A stretch of DNA of 64,000 nucleotides from Parcubacteria group bacterium (GTDB lineage: Bacteria > Patescibacteriota > Patescibacteriia > Buchananbacterales > UBA6539), in NCBI GenBank assembly GCA_002687175.1, contig NYZP01000030.1:227-64226 (forward strand), read 5' to 3'. The translations under genes and the position numbers were made by a program. Within the stretch, counting starts at the first letter, position 1. Each line of letters opens with the position of its first letter. The notes under the pieces were generated by a model that saw nothing but the letters and a program-made list of their open reading frames with translations, searched no databases and was not told the DNA's origin. This document shows positions 49,261 to 58,990 of the stretch, piece after piece.

Positions 49261-49586
49261 AACTTACTTTAGTCCATCAAGCAACCCAAGAAGCTGCTAT
49301 AAAAATTATTGATGACAAATTAAATGAATTGCTTGAGCAACAACATGAAGGTATTGAAGTGTCTGATTCAGTCAAGGAATGGGATGACAATATCATGCGT
49401 TTTTCGTTTAGTGTTCAAAAGCTACTTTTTACCTTAGAATTTTCCGGAAATTTGATTGTCACTGATGAAGAAGCCATCCTGGAAGGAGATTTACCAGGTC
49501 TTTTATTAACATTTGTTTCTGAAGATAAGGTTAAAGAAATATTGACCGAGGAATTCAATAAACTTTTTAACATTGAATCAAAGTAA
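49257..49586 (+). CDS. hypothetical protein
   Basis: 109 aa acidic ORF, overlaps tgt stop by 4 nt. Confidence 0.45.
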   Translation: MKLTLVHQATQEAAIKIIDDKLNELLEQQHEGIEVSDSVKEWDDNIMRFSFSVQKLLFTLEFSGNLIVTDEEAILEGDLPGLLLTFVSEDKVKEILTEEFNKLFNIESK

Positions 49587-50116
49587 TGAGTCAACCAAAA
49601 TTTACGGCCGTGGTAGTTTCGACTATTGACGGAAAAATTGCCAAAAATTCCAAACATAATGTCAACTGGTCGAGTACTGAAGACAAAGTATTTTTACGTC
49701 AAAAAATAGCAGAACATGATGTCGTGGTAGTCGGCCGCACAACTTTTAAGGTTGCCAGGAAGGCTTTAACCAAGAAAAAATTTAGTAGTCGAAATTATAT
49801 TGTTTTAACCAGATCGGTTAAAACTTTTAAAAAAGACAGTCCACAAATAACTTACCTAAACCCGAGCAAGGTCAATTTAAAAAAATTCGTCGGAGATCTA
49901 GGCTATAAAAAAATTTGTGTCTTAGGTGGTACTCAAATTTATAGTCTACTTTTAAAGAAAGGTTTAATAGATGAAATTTATTTAACTATTGAACCGTTAG
50001 TTTTTGGCTCTGGGCTTAATTTTCTTGATGGCCAATTACCAACAACTATTTTCAAACTAATTGCTGTTAAAAAATTAAATAAGTCAGGCACTATTCTATT
50101 ACACTATAAAAAGTAA
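49586..50116 (+). CDS. dihydrofolate reductase-like (RibD C-terminal domain family)
   Basis: 176 aa; VVSTIDGKIA...VVVVGRTTF pattern. Confidence 0.65.
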   Translation: MSQPKFTAVVVSTIDGKIAKNSKHNVNWSSTEDKVFLRQKIAEHDVVVVGRTTFKVARKALTKKKFSSRNYIVLTRSVKTFKKDSPQITYLNPSKVNLKKFVGDLGYKKICVLGGTQIYSLLLKKGLIDEIYLTIEPLVFGSGLNFLDGQLPTTIFKLIAVKKLNKSGTILLHYKK

Positions 50117-50144
50117 TTGACAGCATATTTTTTTTACTTATACT
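50117..50144 (+). promoter_or_regulatory. sigma70-like promoter TTGACA-16-TATACT
   Basis: immediately after DHFR-like stop; drives the GC-rich RNA below. Confidence 0.45.
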
Positions 50145-50150
50145 CTGGTT

Positions 50151-50346
50151 ATGGAATGTGTCGTTTGGTAGTGCTGGCGCGCAATGCCGGTGGAATACGC
50201 GATGATGACCAGATCCTTCAGGGATAAGATGAGAGACCGGCCAAGGCCTGGTCTTACTCGGCGCTAGATGAACCGGTAAAAAAGCCCCGACGACGTTAAC
50301 ATTTCCTGCCCTAGCTGATATCCAGTCAGTTGGGGCTATTTTTTTA
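50151..50346 (+). ncRNA. unassigned structured ncRNA (~200 nt) with own promoter and terminator
   Basis: GC-rich, multiple hairpins (CUGGCGCGC...GCGAUGAUGACCAG; AGACCGGCCAAGGCCUGGUCU), terminator AGCCCCGAC...GUUGGGGCU plus U8 at 50283-50346; no ORF. Confidence 0.45.
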
Positions 50347-50347
50347 C

Positions 50348-50376
50348 TTGACTTTTCGGCAATAAAAGAATATTAT
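50348..50376 (+). promoter_or_regulatory. sigma70-like promoter TTGACT-17-TATTAT
   Basis: upstream of 50432 gene which has RBS AAAAAGGAGG. Confidence 0.45.
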
Positions 50377-50431
50377 AAATTTGGTTTAAGATTCTATTGG
50401 GGAAAGGTGAGAAGCCAAAAAGGAGGCGGTA

Positions 50432-50734
50432 ATGGTTCAAATTCTGATCAGTTACTGGTACCTGTTCCTGCTGGCCATCATCCTTATACTAGGATTTCTT
50501 TGGCCAGGTTGGTTGACCAGATTGGCAACCAAAAACAACATTGTCCTTTATCGAGCAATATCGAAAAAGGGTGGATGGAAAATACTTTGGATAATCCCAT
50601 TTTTAGGCATCCCGCTAATACTCAGGTCAATACTGAAAAGTGTACACCGAAAAGAGCGTAAAAAGGAAAGATGGACTGATGCCGATGGTGGATTAACAGA
50701 AGAGGGTTGGGGAAACAGCAGTAAAAAAAGTTAA
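50432..50734 (+). CDS. small membrane protein (2 TM) with basic C-terminus
   Basis: 100 aa; strong RBS; overlapping 84-aa ORF 50407-50661 rejected. Confidence 0.55.
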   Translation: MVQILISYWYLFLLAIILILGFLWPGWLTRLATKNNIVLYRAISKKGGWKILWIIPFLGIPLILRSILKSVHRKERKKERWTDADGGLTEEGWGNSSKKS

Positions 50735-50807
50735 CGTACATTCTACCGAAACTTTCGTAAGTTTCGGTTTTTCTTTTAGCAATTTTATGTTATAATATGA
50801 AACAAAT

Positions 50808-51185
50808 ATGACTAATAATATTTTTTATACTTCACTCAGGTATGTCATTGTAGAGTTAATCGGTGATGTTTTATATTGGCCGTTGTGGTGGTACTCTAAA
50901 GGGTTGGTAAAGACCGGCCTTTTTTGTTTGACTGAAATTAAAGCAAAACAAGAACGCTTAGGCTTGCTAATTTGGGTTAAAAATTTATTTACTCCAATGT
51001 TTGGGCAGCAAGATTTTGAAGGAAGAGTAATAAGTTTTTTTGCAAGGTTAATCCAAATAATTTTTCGTTCAATTATTTTATTGTTGTATGTAGTTTTGCT
51101 GCTGCTTTTCTTTTCAGCTTGGATTGCATTACCAGTCATTATTTCATTTCAATTGATAGATAACTTGTTATGGTTATTTACCTAA
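50808..51185 (+). CDS. hypothetical membrane protein
   Basis: 125 aa, 3 predicted TM. Confidence 0.5.
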   Translation: MTNNIFYTSLRYVIVELIGDVLYWPLWWYSKGLVKTGLFCLTEIKAKQERLGLLIWVKNLFTPMFGQQDFEGRVISFFARLIQIIFRSIILLLYVVLLLLFFSAWIALPVIISFQLIDNLLWLFT

Positions 51186-51192
51186 AAAAATA

Positions 51193-53964
51193 ATGCCTAA
51201 AGAAAAAGTTCAACAACAAAAACTACAAATTTTAAAGTGTGAGCACTGCACCGGAAGTGGCTTAGTACAAAAAAGGGTGTGTGATTTCTGTCTGGGGTTT
51301 GGCATGTTGGCCTGGACTGGAGACGAGTTATTGTATTGGAATAAAAGAATCAATTTAGTCCAAATCGGTAAAGATCGAGTTAAGTTGCTGGTGACAAATT
51401 TTATTAATCTGTCGCTTTTTTTATTTGGAACACTTGGTGTTTTGATGCTTGGCTGGGTCATGGTTTCATTTATTGAGACAGATTTTCTATTTTGGAAATT
51501 TTACAAGATAAGAAACTGGCAAATGACTATTTTTTGGTTGTCCATGCTAACAAATGGCTATTTAGTCTATCGATTTCAAAAAGCTTGGGACAAAATAAAA
51601 TTTATACCAAAACAAAAGTACCAAACCACAAATGTACCTTTTAGAAAAATTAGTTGGTCAGAAGTTAAAGATTTACCTAAAAATAAAAAAATAAACATCA
51701 CAGATTATTTTACTATCGAGGCTCAAACAGCAGTTAATAAATCTTGGCAATTAACTAATCGTTATGAAGATAATCAAACAGACCCTATTCATTTGCTAAT
51801 TGCTTTGCTAACTTACAATCAAACCCAGGTAATTTTTGCCCGCTTAGGAGTCCCTTTTTCAAAGTTAAAAAGTAAAATTAGAAACACGCTTTCAGCTCAA
51901 CCAGAACATAATAAAGGGATGGTTATCTTGAGTACACAAATGAAAGAAATAATTTTTAGATCTTACTTCCTTGCTCGACAACTTCGACAAAAAAAAGTAG
52001 AAATTACCGAACTGTTAGAAGAACTAGTCACTCAAGACAATAAGGTTAACGAACTTTTGTATGATTTGAATATAACAGTTGATAAAATCAGAAACGTTAC
52101 TGCTTGGCTCAGAATCAAACAGCAACTAAGAGATAATTTAAAACGTTTCAAGCAAAAGGCAACCTTAAGACCAAGAAGTTCCATGAATCGAGCGATGACT
52201 GCAGTGGCTATTCCAACTCTTGATACTTTTAGCCAAGATTTAACACTGCTGGCTCAAACAGGGTATTTGTTACCGTGTATTGGACGGGACAAAGAAATTG
52301 AAGAAATTTTTAATATCATGCATGGTGGAACCAGACGAAGCGTTATTTTAATTGGCCAACCAGGAGTGGGTAAAAATACCATAATTGATGGTATTGCTCA
52401 AAGGATGGTTGAGGATAATGTCCCTGATTTTTTAAAAGATAAAAGGTTAGTAAATTTAAGTGTTGCTAAAATCGTTAGTGGAGCTACTCCCGTGGAAGCA
52501 CAAAAACGCTTAATGACAGTAATTCATGAAATCAGAAGGTCGGGAAATATTATTTTATTCATTGAAAATGTTGATAAAATGATTGGTATTTCTGCAGGGC
52601 GCCAGGGAAGCATTGATTTAGCAGATGTTTTGTCACAAACTTTATCTAACAATAATCTTTTAGCTTTAGCCACCACCACCCCCGATGATTACCGTAAATA
52701 CTTTGAAGGAAAAAGTTCTTTGGATAATGTGTTTGAAAAAGTAGATATTACTGAAGTATCAGGAAATGAAGCAATTCAAATTTTAGAAGCTAAAGCCGGT
52801 TCAGTAGAATACCAAAACGAAGTATTCTTTTCTTATGATGCTATTGCCCAGACTGTTAATCTTTCCGACCGTTATTTACACGAACGCTATTTACCAGAGA
52901 AAGCGATAGAAATTATTCAAGAAGTTGCCACAAAAGTTAAGCAAGAAAAAGGCAAAGATAGCACGGTGACTGCCAACGATGTGGCAACTGTTATTTCTAA
53001 CAAAACAAACATTCCGCTGACTGAAATTACTCAAGAAGAGTCAAAAAAATTACTTAACCTTGAAGATAAAATTCACCAAAGAGTTATTGGGCAAGATGAA
53101 GCAGTCACTGCAGTGGCGGCAAGTATACGTCGTGCCAGGGCTGAAATGAGAGATACTTCAAAGCCAATTGTTAATTTGTTATTTTTAGGACCAACAGGCG
53201 TTGGGAAAACCGAACTGGCGAAATCAGTAGCCGAAGTCTATTTTGGTAATGAAAAAAACATGATTCGTCTTGATATGTCAGAATATCAAGATAAAACCAG
53301 TATTAATCGACTAATTGGTGCTCCACCAGGTTACAGTGGAGCCGGTGAAGGCGGTTATTTATCTGAGGCAGTTAGAAAAAAACAGTTTTCTTTGATACTC
53401 CTGGATGAAATTGAAAAAGCCCATCCTGATATTTTAAATATTTTTTTGCAGGTGTTAGACGATGGTCGTCTGACTGACAGTTCTGGCCGAACCATTGATT
53501 TTACCAATACAATAATTATTGCTACTTCAAATGCTGGTACCAGGTTCATCCAAGACCAGGTAAAACAAAAAATGCCAATTGGCGAAATCAAGCAACAATT
53601 GATTGATTCTAAGTTAGGAAAATTTTTTAGGCCAGAGTTATTAAATAGGTTCGATGGCATTATTGTATTTAAACCCCTAACTCTCGACGGTGTTGAAAAA
53701 ATTGCTCAGTTAATGATTAAAAAAGTTGGTAAAACCTTAGAAGAAAAGGGGATTACCCTAGACGCTAGCGATGAGGCAGTTAAAGAAATTGCTACTGCTG
53801 GTTTTGATCCGCAATTCGGTGCCAGACCTCTACGTCGGGTGATTCAACAAAAAGTGCAGGATCCACTGGCTAACTATTTACTATCAGGAAAGATTGATCG
53901 TCGTGATAAAGTGATGATTGAGGCTGGTGGAGAAATAAGTATTAAAAAAGCAAAAAAAATATAA
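51193..53964 (+). CDS. Clp/Hsp100-family double-AAA+ ATPase with N-terminal zinc ribbon and transmembrane helices
   Basis: 923 aa; CEHC...CDFC ribbon, 2-3 TM, Clp_N-like repeat, AAA1 GQPGVGKNTI, AAA2 GPTGVGKTELAK, short middle domain; no clear IGF/VGF ClpP loop. Confidence 0.8.
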   Translation: MPKEKVQQQKLQILKCEHCTGSGLVQKRVCDFCLGFGMLAWTGDELLYWNKRINLVQIGKDRVKLLVTNFINLSLFLFGTLGVLMLGWVMVSFIETDFLFWKFYKIRNWQMTIFWLSMLTNGYLVYRFQKAWDKIKFIPKQKYQTTNVPFRKISWSEVKDLPKNKKINITDYFTIEAQTAVNKSWQLTNRYEDNQTDPIHLLIALLTYNQTQVIFARLGVPFSKLKSKIRNTLSAQPEHNKGMVILSTQMKEIIFRSYFLARQLRQKKVEITELLEELVTQDNKVNELLYDLNITVDKIRNVTAWLRIKQQLRDNLKRFKQKATLRPRSSMNRAMTAVAIPTLDTFSQDLTLLAQTGYLLPCIGRDKEIEEIFNIMHGGTRRSVILIGQPGVGKNTIIDGIAQRMVEDNVPDFLKDKRLVNLSVAKIVSGATPVEAQKRLMTVIHEIRRSGNIILFIENVDKMIGISAGRQGSIDLADVLSQTLSNNNLLALATTTPDDYRKYFEGKSSLDNVFEKVDITEVSGNEAIQILEAKAGSVEYQNEVFFSYDAIAQTVNLSDRYLHERYLPEKAIEIIQEVATKVKQEKGKDSTVTANDVATVISNKTNIPLTEITQEESKKLLNLEDKIHQRVIGQDEAVTAVAASIRRARAEMRDTSKPIVNLLFLGPTGVGKTELAKSVAEVYFGNEKNMIRLDMSEYQDKTSINRLIGAPPGYSGAGEGGYLSEAVRKKQFSLILLDEIEKAHPDILNIFLQVLDDGRLTDSSGRTIDFTNTIIIATSNAGTRFIQDQVKQKMPIGEIKQQLIDSKLGKFFRPELLNRFDGIIVFKPLTLDGVEKIAQLMIKKVGKTLEEKGITLDASDEAVKEIATAGFDPQFGARPLRRVIQQKVQDPLANYLLSGKIDRRDKVMIEAGGEISIKKAKKI

Positions 53965-54989
53965 TGTTTTATTTTGTACCATTATTAATAGCATTTACTA
54001 TTTCATTAGTTTTAACACCACTAGTAAGAAAAATTGCACTTCTCACTCGCATTATTGATGCTCCAGTTGCTAGGAAAATTCATAAAAAACCAACTCCACT
54101 TTTAGGTGGCGTCGCTCTTTTTTTATCATTTTTTATTACCACAGTTATTTTTTGGATTTTTGGTTATATTACTGACTCAAAAATTTCTGATATAAATATT
54201 ATAGCAATTCTAGCTGGAGGATTTGTTTTGATTATTGGAGGACTGCTTGATGATAAATATAACTTTAAACCATATCAACAAATACCATTCCCAATTATCG
54301 CTGCCGGAATAATAGTTTTTTCTGGCATCAAGATTCAATTTATTTCAAACCCTCTGGGAGGCATTTTAGAATTTTCATTATTAGCCGGAATACTTTTAGC
54401 CTTTTTCTGGATCCTGGGAATGATTTACACCACCAAATTACTGGATGGTCTTGATGGCCTAGTAACTGGTGTAACGACCATTGGTGCTTTTATAATTTTT
54501 GCAGTCAGTCTTTTTTGGGATGTCCCTTCTTCTGGAACTTCTGTGTTAGCGTTAATCCTGGCCGGAGCCAGTCTGGGTTTTTTAATATTTAACTGGCATC
54601 CAGCCAAAATTTTTTTAGGAGAAGGCGGAAGTGTTTTTTGTGGTTTTATGCTGGGAACTTTAGCTATTATATCAGGATCAAAGATTGCTACCGCTTTATT
54701 AATTTTGGGTATCCCAATTTTAGATGTTTTCTGGGTTATTGCAAACAGAATCTGGCAAGGCAAGTCCATCGCCAAAGGGGATAATAAACATCTGCATTTC
54801 AGACTTTTAGATATCGGGTTATCACACCGGCAAACTGTTATTTTTTTATACTTTTTAACCGCAGCCTTTGGTGTAACTTCACTTTTCCTGCATTCCAAGG
54901 GAAAAATTATTGCCTTAGGAATTCTGGCCGCTGTGATGATAATATTAGCCAGTAGTTTAATGCTAATCTACAAATTTAAAAATGAATAA
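53964..54989 (+). CDS. GT4-fold polyprenyl-phosphate N-acetylhexosamine-1-phosphate transferase (WecA/TagO/MraY family)
   Basis: 341 aa; 10-11 TM, DDxxN-like LLDDKYN motif. Confidence 0.75.
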   Translation: MFYFVPLLIAFTISLVLTPLVRKIALLTRIIDAPVARKIHKKPTPLLGGVALFLSFFITTVIFWIFGYITDSKISDINIIAILAGGFVLIIGGLLDDKYNFKPYQQIPFPIIAAGIIVFSGIKIQFISNPLGGILEFSLLAGILLAFFWILGMIYTTKLLDGLDGLVTGVTTIGAFIIFAVSLFWDVPSSGTSVLALILAGASLGFLIFNWHPAKIFLGEGGSVFCGFMLGTLAIISGSKIATALLILGIPILDVFWVIANRIWQGKSIAKGDNKHLHFRLLDIGLSHRQTVIFLYFLTAAFGVTSLFLHSKGKIIALGILAAVMIILASSLMLIYKFKNE

Positions 54990-55434
54990 AAATAATAGAC
55001 TACTAATTATTTCATTACTCTTGGTAGCTTCTGCATTTCTTTTGCTAAGTCAAAATAAAAACCAAAGTTACCTAAAAATTAATGACAGCACGATTAAGGT
55101 TAAGGTTGCTAAGACGGTACAAGAACAAACTATTGGGTTGGGTGGAGAGTTGAATTTAGCCGAAAACCAGGGAATGCTCTTTGTATTTCCTGATCAGCAA
55201 GTTAGAAATTTCTGGATGAAAGACATGCTTTTTCCAATTGATATTATCTGGATTCAAGATAATTACATTATCGCCATTGAAAAAAATGTTCCTATTCCTA
55301 CTGGCGATCAACAAAATATTCCCCAGTATCGTTCACCACAACCAGTTAACTATGTCTTGGAAGTTAATGCTGGGTTTACTGATAAGACCAACATTGCAAT
55401 AGGTAATGAAGTTGATTTTTTCTTACTTGACTAA
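54982..55434 (+). CDS. DUF192-domain protein
   Basis: 150 aa; signal/TM plus FWMKDMLFPIDIIW signature. Confidence 0.7.
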   Translation: MNKNNRLLIISLLLVASAFLLLSQNKNQSYLKINDSTIKVKVAKTVQEQTIGLGGELNLAENQGMLFVFPDQQVRNFWMKDMLFPIDIIWIQDNYIIAIEKNVPIPTGDQQNIPQYRSPQPVNYVLEVNAGFTDKTNIAIGNEVDFFLLD

Positions 55435-55483
55435 TTTTTCAACAAACTATACAATATATAAACCTTAAATATAATATATAAAT

Positions 55484-55789
55484 ATGTTAGCAGTTATAAA
55501 AACTGGTGGAAAACAGTACCTGGTCAAAAAAGGAGATAAAATTAAAGTAGAGAAGCTTCCTGGTAAAGAGGGTAGTGCTGTTAAATTTGATACTTTGTTA
55601 ACTACCGATGAAAAAGGTGTAAAAGTCGAAATTGGCAAACCACTTTTAAAATCTAAGGTGGAAGCCAAAATTTTAAAACAAGATAAAGACAAAAAGCTGG
55701 TAGTGGTTAAGTACAAATCAAAAACTCGATATACTAGACGCATTGGCCATCGCCAACCATTTTCTCTTGTAGAAATTGAAAAGATTTAA
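55484..55789 (+). CDS. rplU: 50S ribosomal protein L21
   Basis: 101 aa; MLAVIKTGGKQYLVKKGD N-terminus. Confidence 0.9.
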   Translation: MLAVIKTGGKQYLVKKGDKIKVEKLPGKEGSAVKFDTLLTTDEKGVKVEIGKPLLKSKVEAKILKQDKDKKLVVVKYKSKTRYTRRIGHRQPFSLVEIEKI

Positions 55790-55800
55790 TTTTTAAGCAA

Positions 55801-55835
55801 AAAAAAATAGCCCCACGACCTAGGGGTTGTTTTTT
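55801..55835. terminator. bidirectional intrinsic terminator between rplU and recR
   Basis: A7-GCCCCACGACCTAGGGGT-T6. Confidence 0.6.
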
Positions 55836-55841
55836 AAATAC

Positions 55842-56444
55842 TTAAATTTCTTTTCGTCCCTTCAAGGCATTACCTAACGTTGTTTCATCAGCATATTCTA
55901 GATCGCTACCAGTTGGTAACCCTTGAGCTAAACGGGTAACTTTCAAATTACTAAACTGCTTTAATAATTTAGTTAAATAAAGTATTGTGGTCTCGCCTGG
56001 TAAATCTGAATTAATGGCTAAAATAATTTCCAACACGTTATCAGTCTTAATCCTGTCTAGAAGCTGTTTAATATTAAGTTGCTCGGGGGTAATCCCGTCT
56101 AGCGGATCAATCACTCCACCTAAAATATGGTAAACTCCTTGATACTCATTGGTTTTTTCTAGAGCAAATAAATCTTGTGGCTTAGCTAAAATGCAAATAA
56201 CCGTTGAACTTCTTTGACTATTGCCACATATTGAACACGGACTGGCTTCAGCATAATTTTGACATTTTGCGCAAACAGTAACCGTGTTTTTTAAATGCTG
56301 CATAGCATCACCAAATTTAGCCAGGTCTTCTTTGGGACGTGTCAATAAATGGAAAACTAAGCGCTCGGCAGTCTTCGGTCCAATGCCGGGCAACCGTGAA
56401 AATTGATCAATAACTTTCTTAATGGTTTGAGGATACGCGGACAT
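55842..56444 (-). CDS. recR: recombination protein RecR
   Basis: 200 aa; HhH LPGIGPKTAERL, C4 zinc finger CAKCQNYAEASPCSIC, Toprim. Confidence 0.9.
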   Translation of the reverse strand: MSAYPQTIKKVIDQFSRLPGIGPKTAERLVFHLLTRPKEDLAKFGDAMQHLKNTVTVCAKCQNYAEASPCSICGNSQRSSTVICILAKPQDLFALEKTNEYQGVYHILGGVIDPLDGITPEQLNIKQLLDRIKTDNVLEIILAINSDLPGETTILYLTKLLKQFSNLKVTRLAQGLPTGSDLEYADETTLGNALKGRKEI

Positions 56445-56737
56445 TAATTTTTAGTGCTGACCGAGTAAATAAGAGTAATAGTACCAACCCAGATAGGAGC
56501 TAACACCGGTAAAATAACATTAACGGAAATACCAATAAATTTTAAAATAAAGCCCATAGCAACCGTTAGAATTGAACCAAAGATTATGGCGATAATCAAT
56601 GTCTTAGCTTTGTTATCTTTAGGTGGTTTTTGATGAGGTAGAGATTCCAAAGGTGGAGAAATTGGCTGTTCGTTTATATCACCTGCCGGATGTGGCGGAG
56701 CTGGTGGACGATGTGATGGTTTTGGTGGTGGAGGCAT
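56444..56737 (-). CDS. Pro-rich small membrane protein
   Basis: 97 aa; PPPPKPSHRPPAPPHP N-terminus, 2 TM. Confidence 0.5.
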   Translation of the reverse strand: MPPPPKPSHRPPAPPHPAGDINEQPISPPLESLPHQKPPKDNKAKTLIIAIIFGSILTVAMGFILKFIGISVNVILPVLAPIWVGTITLIYSVSTKN

Positions 56738-56742
56738 AAAAA

Positions 56743-58128
56743 TTACTCAAATTTAATTTCTTCGTCACTAATTTTTCGATCAACGCTCCTGAAAGTTACA
56801 TTATTTTGATCAAAGAATAGTTGAATTTTTCCAGTTGGCCCATTACGATGTTTAGCTACTATAATATCAGCTAAATTAGCTTTGTCAGGCGGTAAATCTT
56901 TTTGATAGGTAGCGTCACGATAAATAAATAATACCACATCAGCGTCTTGTTCAATAGAGCCAGAATCTCTAAGATCAGCCAAGCGGGGAATATGAGTTTC
57001 TCTTGACTCAACACTACGAGATAATTGCGACAAAGCTAACACTGGTACATTAAGCTCACGAGCAATTGCTTTTAAATTTCGAGATATTTCAGAAACTTCC
57101 TGGACTCTATTTTCTCTATTGCCAGAGGTGCCTTCCATTAATTGAAGATAATCAATAATAATTAATCCTAAGCCATGTTCAGTCTGTAGTCTACGGGCTT
57201 TGGTTCTAATTTCCATTACATTAGAATTAGCCGAGTCATCAATATAGATTTTAGCCTCAGACAGAACTCCCATGGCATGATTAATTTTGGAAAAATCATC
57301 ATTTTCTCCTTGATCTGATAATTTACCAGTTCGCATCTTCCAGAGATCAACTCCCGCTTCTGAACAGAGTAGTCGATCAACCAGTTGTTCTTTGGACATT
57401 TCTAAACTAAATATGCCAACTGGTATCTTGGCTTTAGTTGATACATTTCGAGCAATGTCTAAGGCAAAAGTAGTTTTACCAACTGATGGCCTGGCAGCCA
57501 GAATAATTAAATCTGATTTTTGCAAGCCAGCTAAAACATTGTCCAAATCATTATAATAAGTTGGCACTCCTCTTAATTTACCAGATTCACGATGTAGCTC
57601 ATCAATTCGATCAAAAGCTTCCGTTAAAACATCAGAAATTGGCATAAAAGTTCTTTTAAGATACTTCTGAGAAACCCCAAATAACCTTTGCTCGGCTTTA
57701 TCAAGAAGAGAATCAACTTCTTCGGTCTCCTGAAACCCCAATTCGGTAATTTCTGAGGCCGCTGAGATCAGTCGCCGTAAAGTTGCTTTACTTTGAACAG
57801 TTTTAGCATAATGAGTAACGTGGCTGGAAGTTGGTACGGTATTAGCTAAACTGGTTAAGTAGCTCCGACCGCCAACAGTATCTAGATGACCTTTTTCTTC
57901 AAGTCGACTGCCTAAGCTCAATAAATCAATAGGTTCACGCCTTTCATACAAACCCTTAATACTTTCAAAAATAAGGCGATGCCTGTCATTATAAAAATCA
58001 TCGGCGTTGATAATATCAGCAATTTTAATAATAGCATCTTTATCAATCAGTAAAGACCCGAGCAACGATTGCTCCATTTCTAGATTTTGCGGTGGAATTT
58101 TTTCTTTGGTTTCGCTATGTTGAGCCAT
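56743..58128 (-). CDS. dnaB: replicative DNA helicase DnaB
   Basis: 461 aa; Walker A GKTTFALD-like ARPSVGKTTF, RecA-fold motifs H1-H4. Confidence 0.9.
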   Translation of the reverse strand: MAQHSETKEKIPPQNLEMEQSLLGSLLIDKDAIIKIADIINADDFYNDRHRLIFESIKGLYERREPIDLLSLGSRLEEKGHLDTVGGRSYLTSLANTVPTSSHVTHYAKTVQSKATLRRLISAASEITELGFQETEEVDSLLDKAEQRLFGVSQKYLKRTFMPISDVLTEAFDRIDELHRESGKLRGVPTYYNDLDNVLAGLQKSDLIILAARPSVGKTTFALDIARNVSTKAKIPVGIFSLEMSKEQLVDRLLCSEAGVDLWKMRTGKLSDQGENDDFSKINHAMGVLSEAKIYIDDSANSNVMEIRTKARRLQTEHGLGLIIIDYLQLMEGTSGNRENRVQEVSEISRNLKAIARELNVPVLALSQLSRSVESRETHIPRLADLRDSGSIEQDADVVLFIYRDATYQKDLPPDKANLADIIVAKHRNGPTGKIQLFFDQNNVTFRSVDRKISDEEIKFE

Positions 58129-58389
58129 GAGAAAAAGTAGAGTTATATTTTATTGGTGAGTACATCTTACACTACTTTACCCGTCCATTTCAAGTGTTTT
58201 TAAACCAAAACTTGGCCACATATTATCCACCCCGCCTGTTTAGTAGCAACCGTCTTGCCAAAAAGCCCTTTTCTTGTTAGTATTGAATTTGTTTAAAACA
58301 TTACCGTGGGGCGTAAGCGCCCCTAGCCATTAATCAATGCAAGCACAAGAAAAGTAACAGTTGTGGCTAAACAAAATTAATAGAATCGT

Positions 58390-58465
58390 GGGGCGTTAGC
58401 TCAGTTGGTAGAGCAGCAGCCTTTTAAGCTGAATGTCGGGGGTTCGAATCCCTCACGCCCCACCA
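58390..58465 (+). tRNA. tRNA-Lys (anticodon UUU) with encoded CCA
   Basis: GGGGCGU/ACGCCCC acceptor, D arm GCUC-AGUUGGUA-GAGC, anticodon loop CUUUUAA, T arm GGGGG-UUCGAAU-CCCUC, discriminator A, CCA. Confidence 0.85.
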
Positions 58466-58487
58466 ATCGCCTATTAGGCGATTTTTT
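58466..58487 (+). terminator. intrinsic terminator after tRNA-Lys
   Basis: AATCGCC-TATT-AGGCGATT plus T6. Confidence 0.65.
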
Positions 58488-58525
58488 GGTAGAATAACAA
58501 TATATATAAATATTATTAACATGCT

Positions 58526-58990
58526 ATGTCCAAAATAAAAATCATCTTTGTAGTCATGTTTACGGTCTTTGTATTTGGTTTTATCAAATTTTATCTGAAA
58601 TTTCCAGATGTCAATTCCGATGCTCTTGGAACTGTAATTACCGTATCTAGTATTCTGTTTGGATTTTTGGCTGGTTTTTTTATTAATGAATTATGGTCTA
58701 GGTATACAGAAATTCGCTCTATTCAAGGAGCTCGTCTATCTGATAGTTTAAATATGATTAATTATGCTGAAAATTTCTACGGCAACATTAAGTTTAAAAA
58801 TGATTTCAAAAGAAGAATAGAAGCTACTGCTTTTGTAGATGAAATTATAAATTGGGACGAGGGACAGCTAGAAACTTCTTATTGGCAAAATATAGAACGT
58901 TCTTTTGATTTTATAAAAGATGAGAGGTTAAAGGAAGTAAATCAAAAATATACTTTGATGACATGCTTGGTATGCACAACCGAACTGTAA
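58526..58990 (+). CDS. DUF4239-like membrane protein, N-terminal part (likely frameshifted gene)
   Basis: 154 aa; N-terminal TM plus soluble region; continues in another frame as 58963-59388. Confidence 0.45.
   Translation: MSKIKIIFVVMFTVFVFGFIKFYLKFPDVNSDALGTVITVSSILFGFLAGFFINELWSRYTEIRSIQGARLSDSLNMINYAENFYGNIKFKNDFKRRIEATAFVDEIINWDEGQLETSYWQNIERSFDFIKDERLKEVNQKYTLMTCLVCTTEL

Noticed and set aside
50407-50661. 84-aa ORF overlapping the 50432-50734 gene
   Set aside because: The alternative frame has the strong AAAAAGGAGG RBS and encodes a sensible 2-TM protein. This one is a shadow frame.
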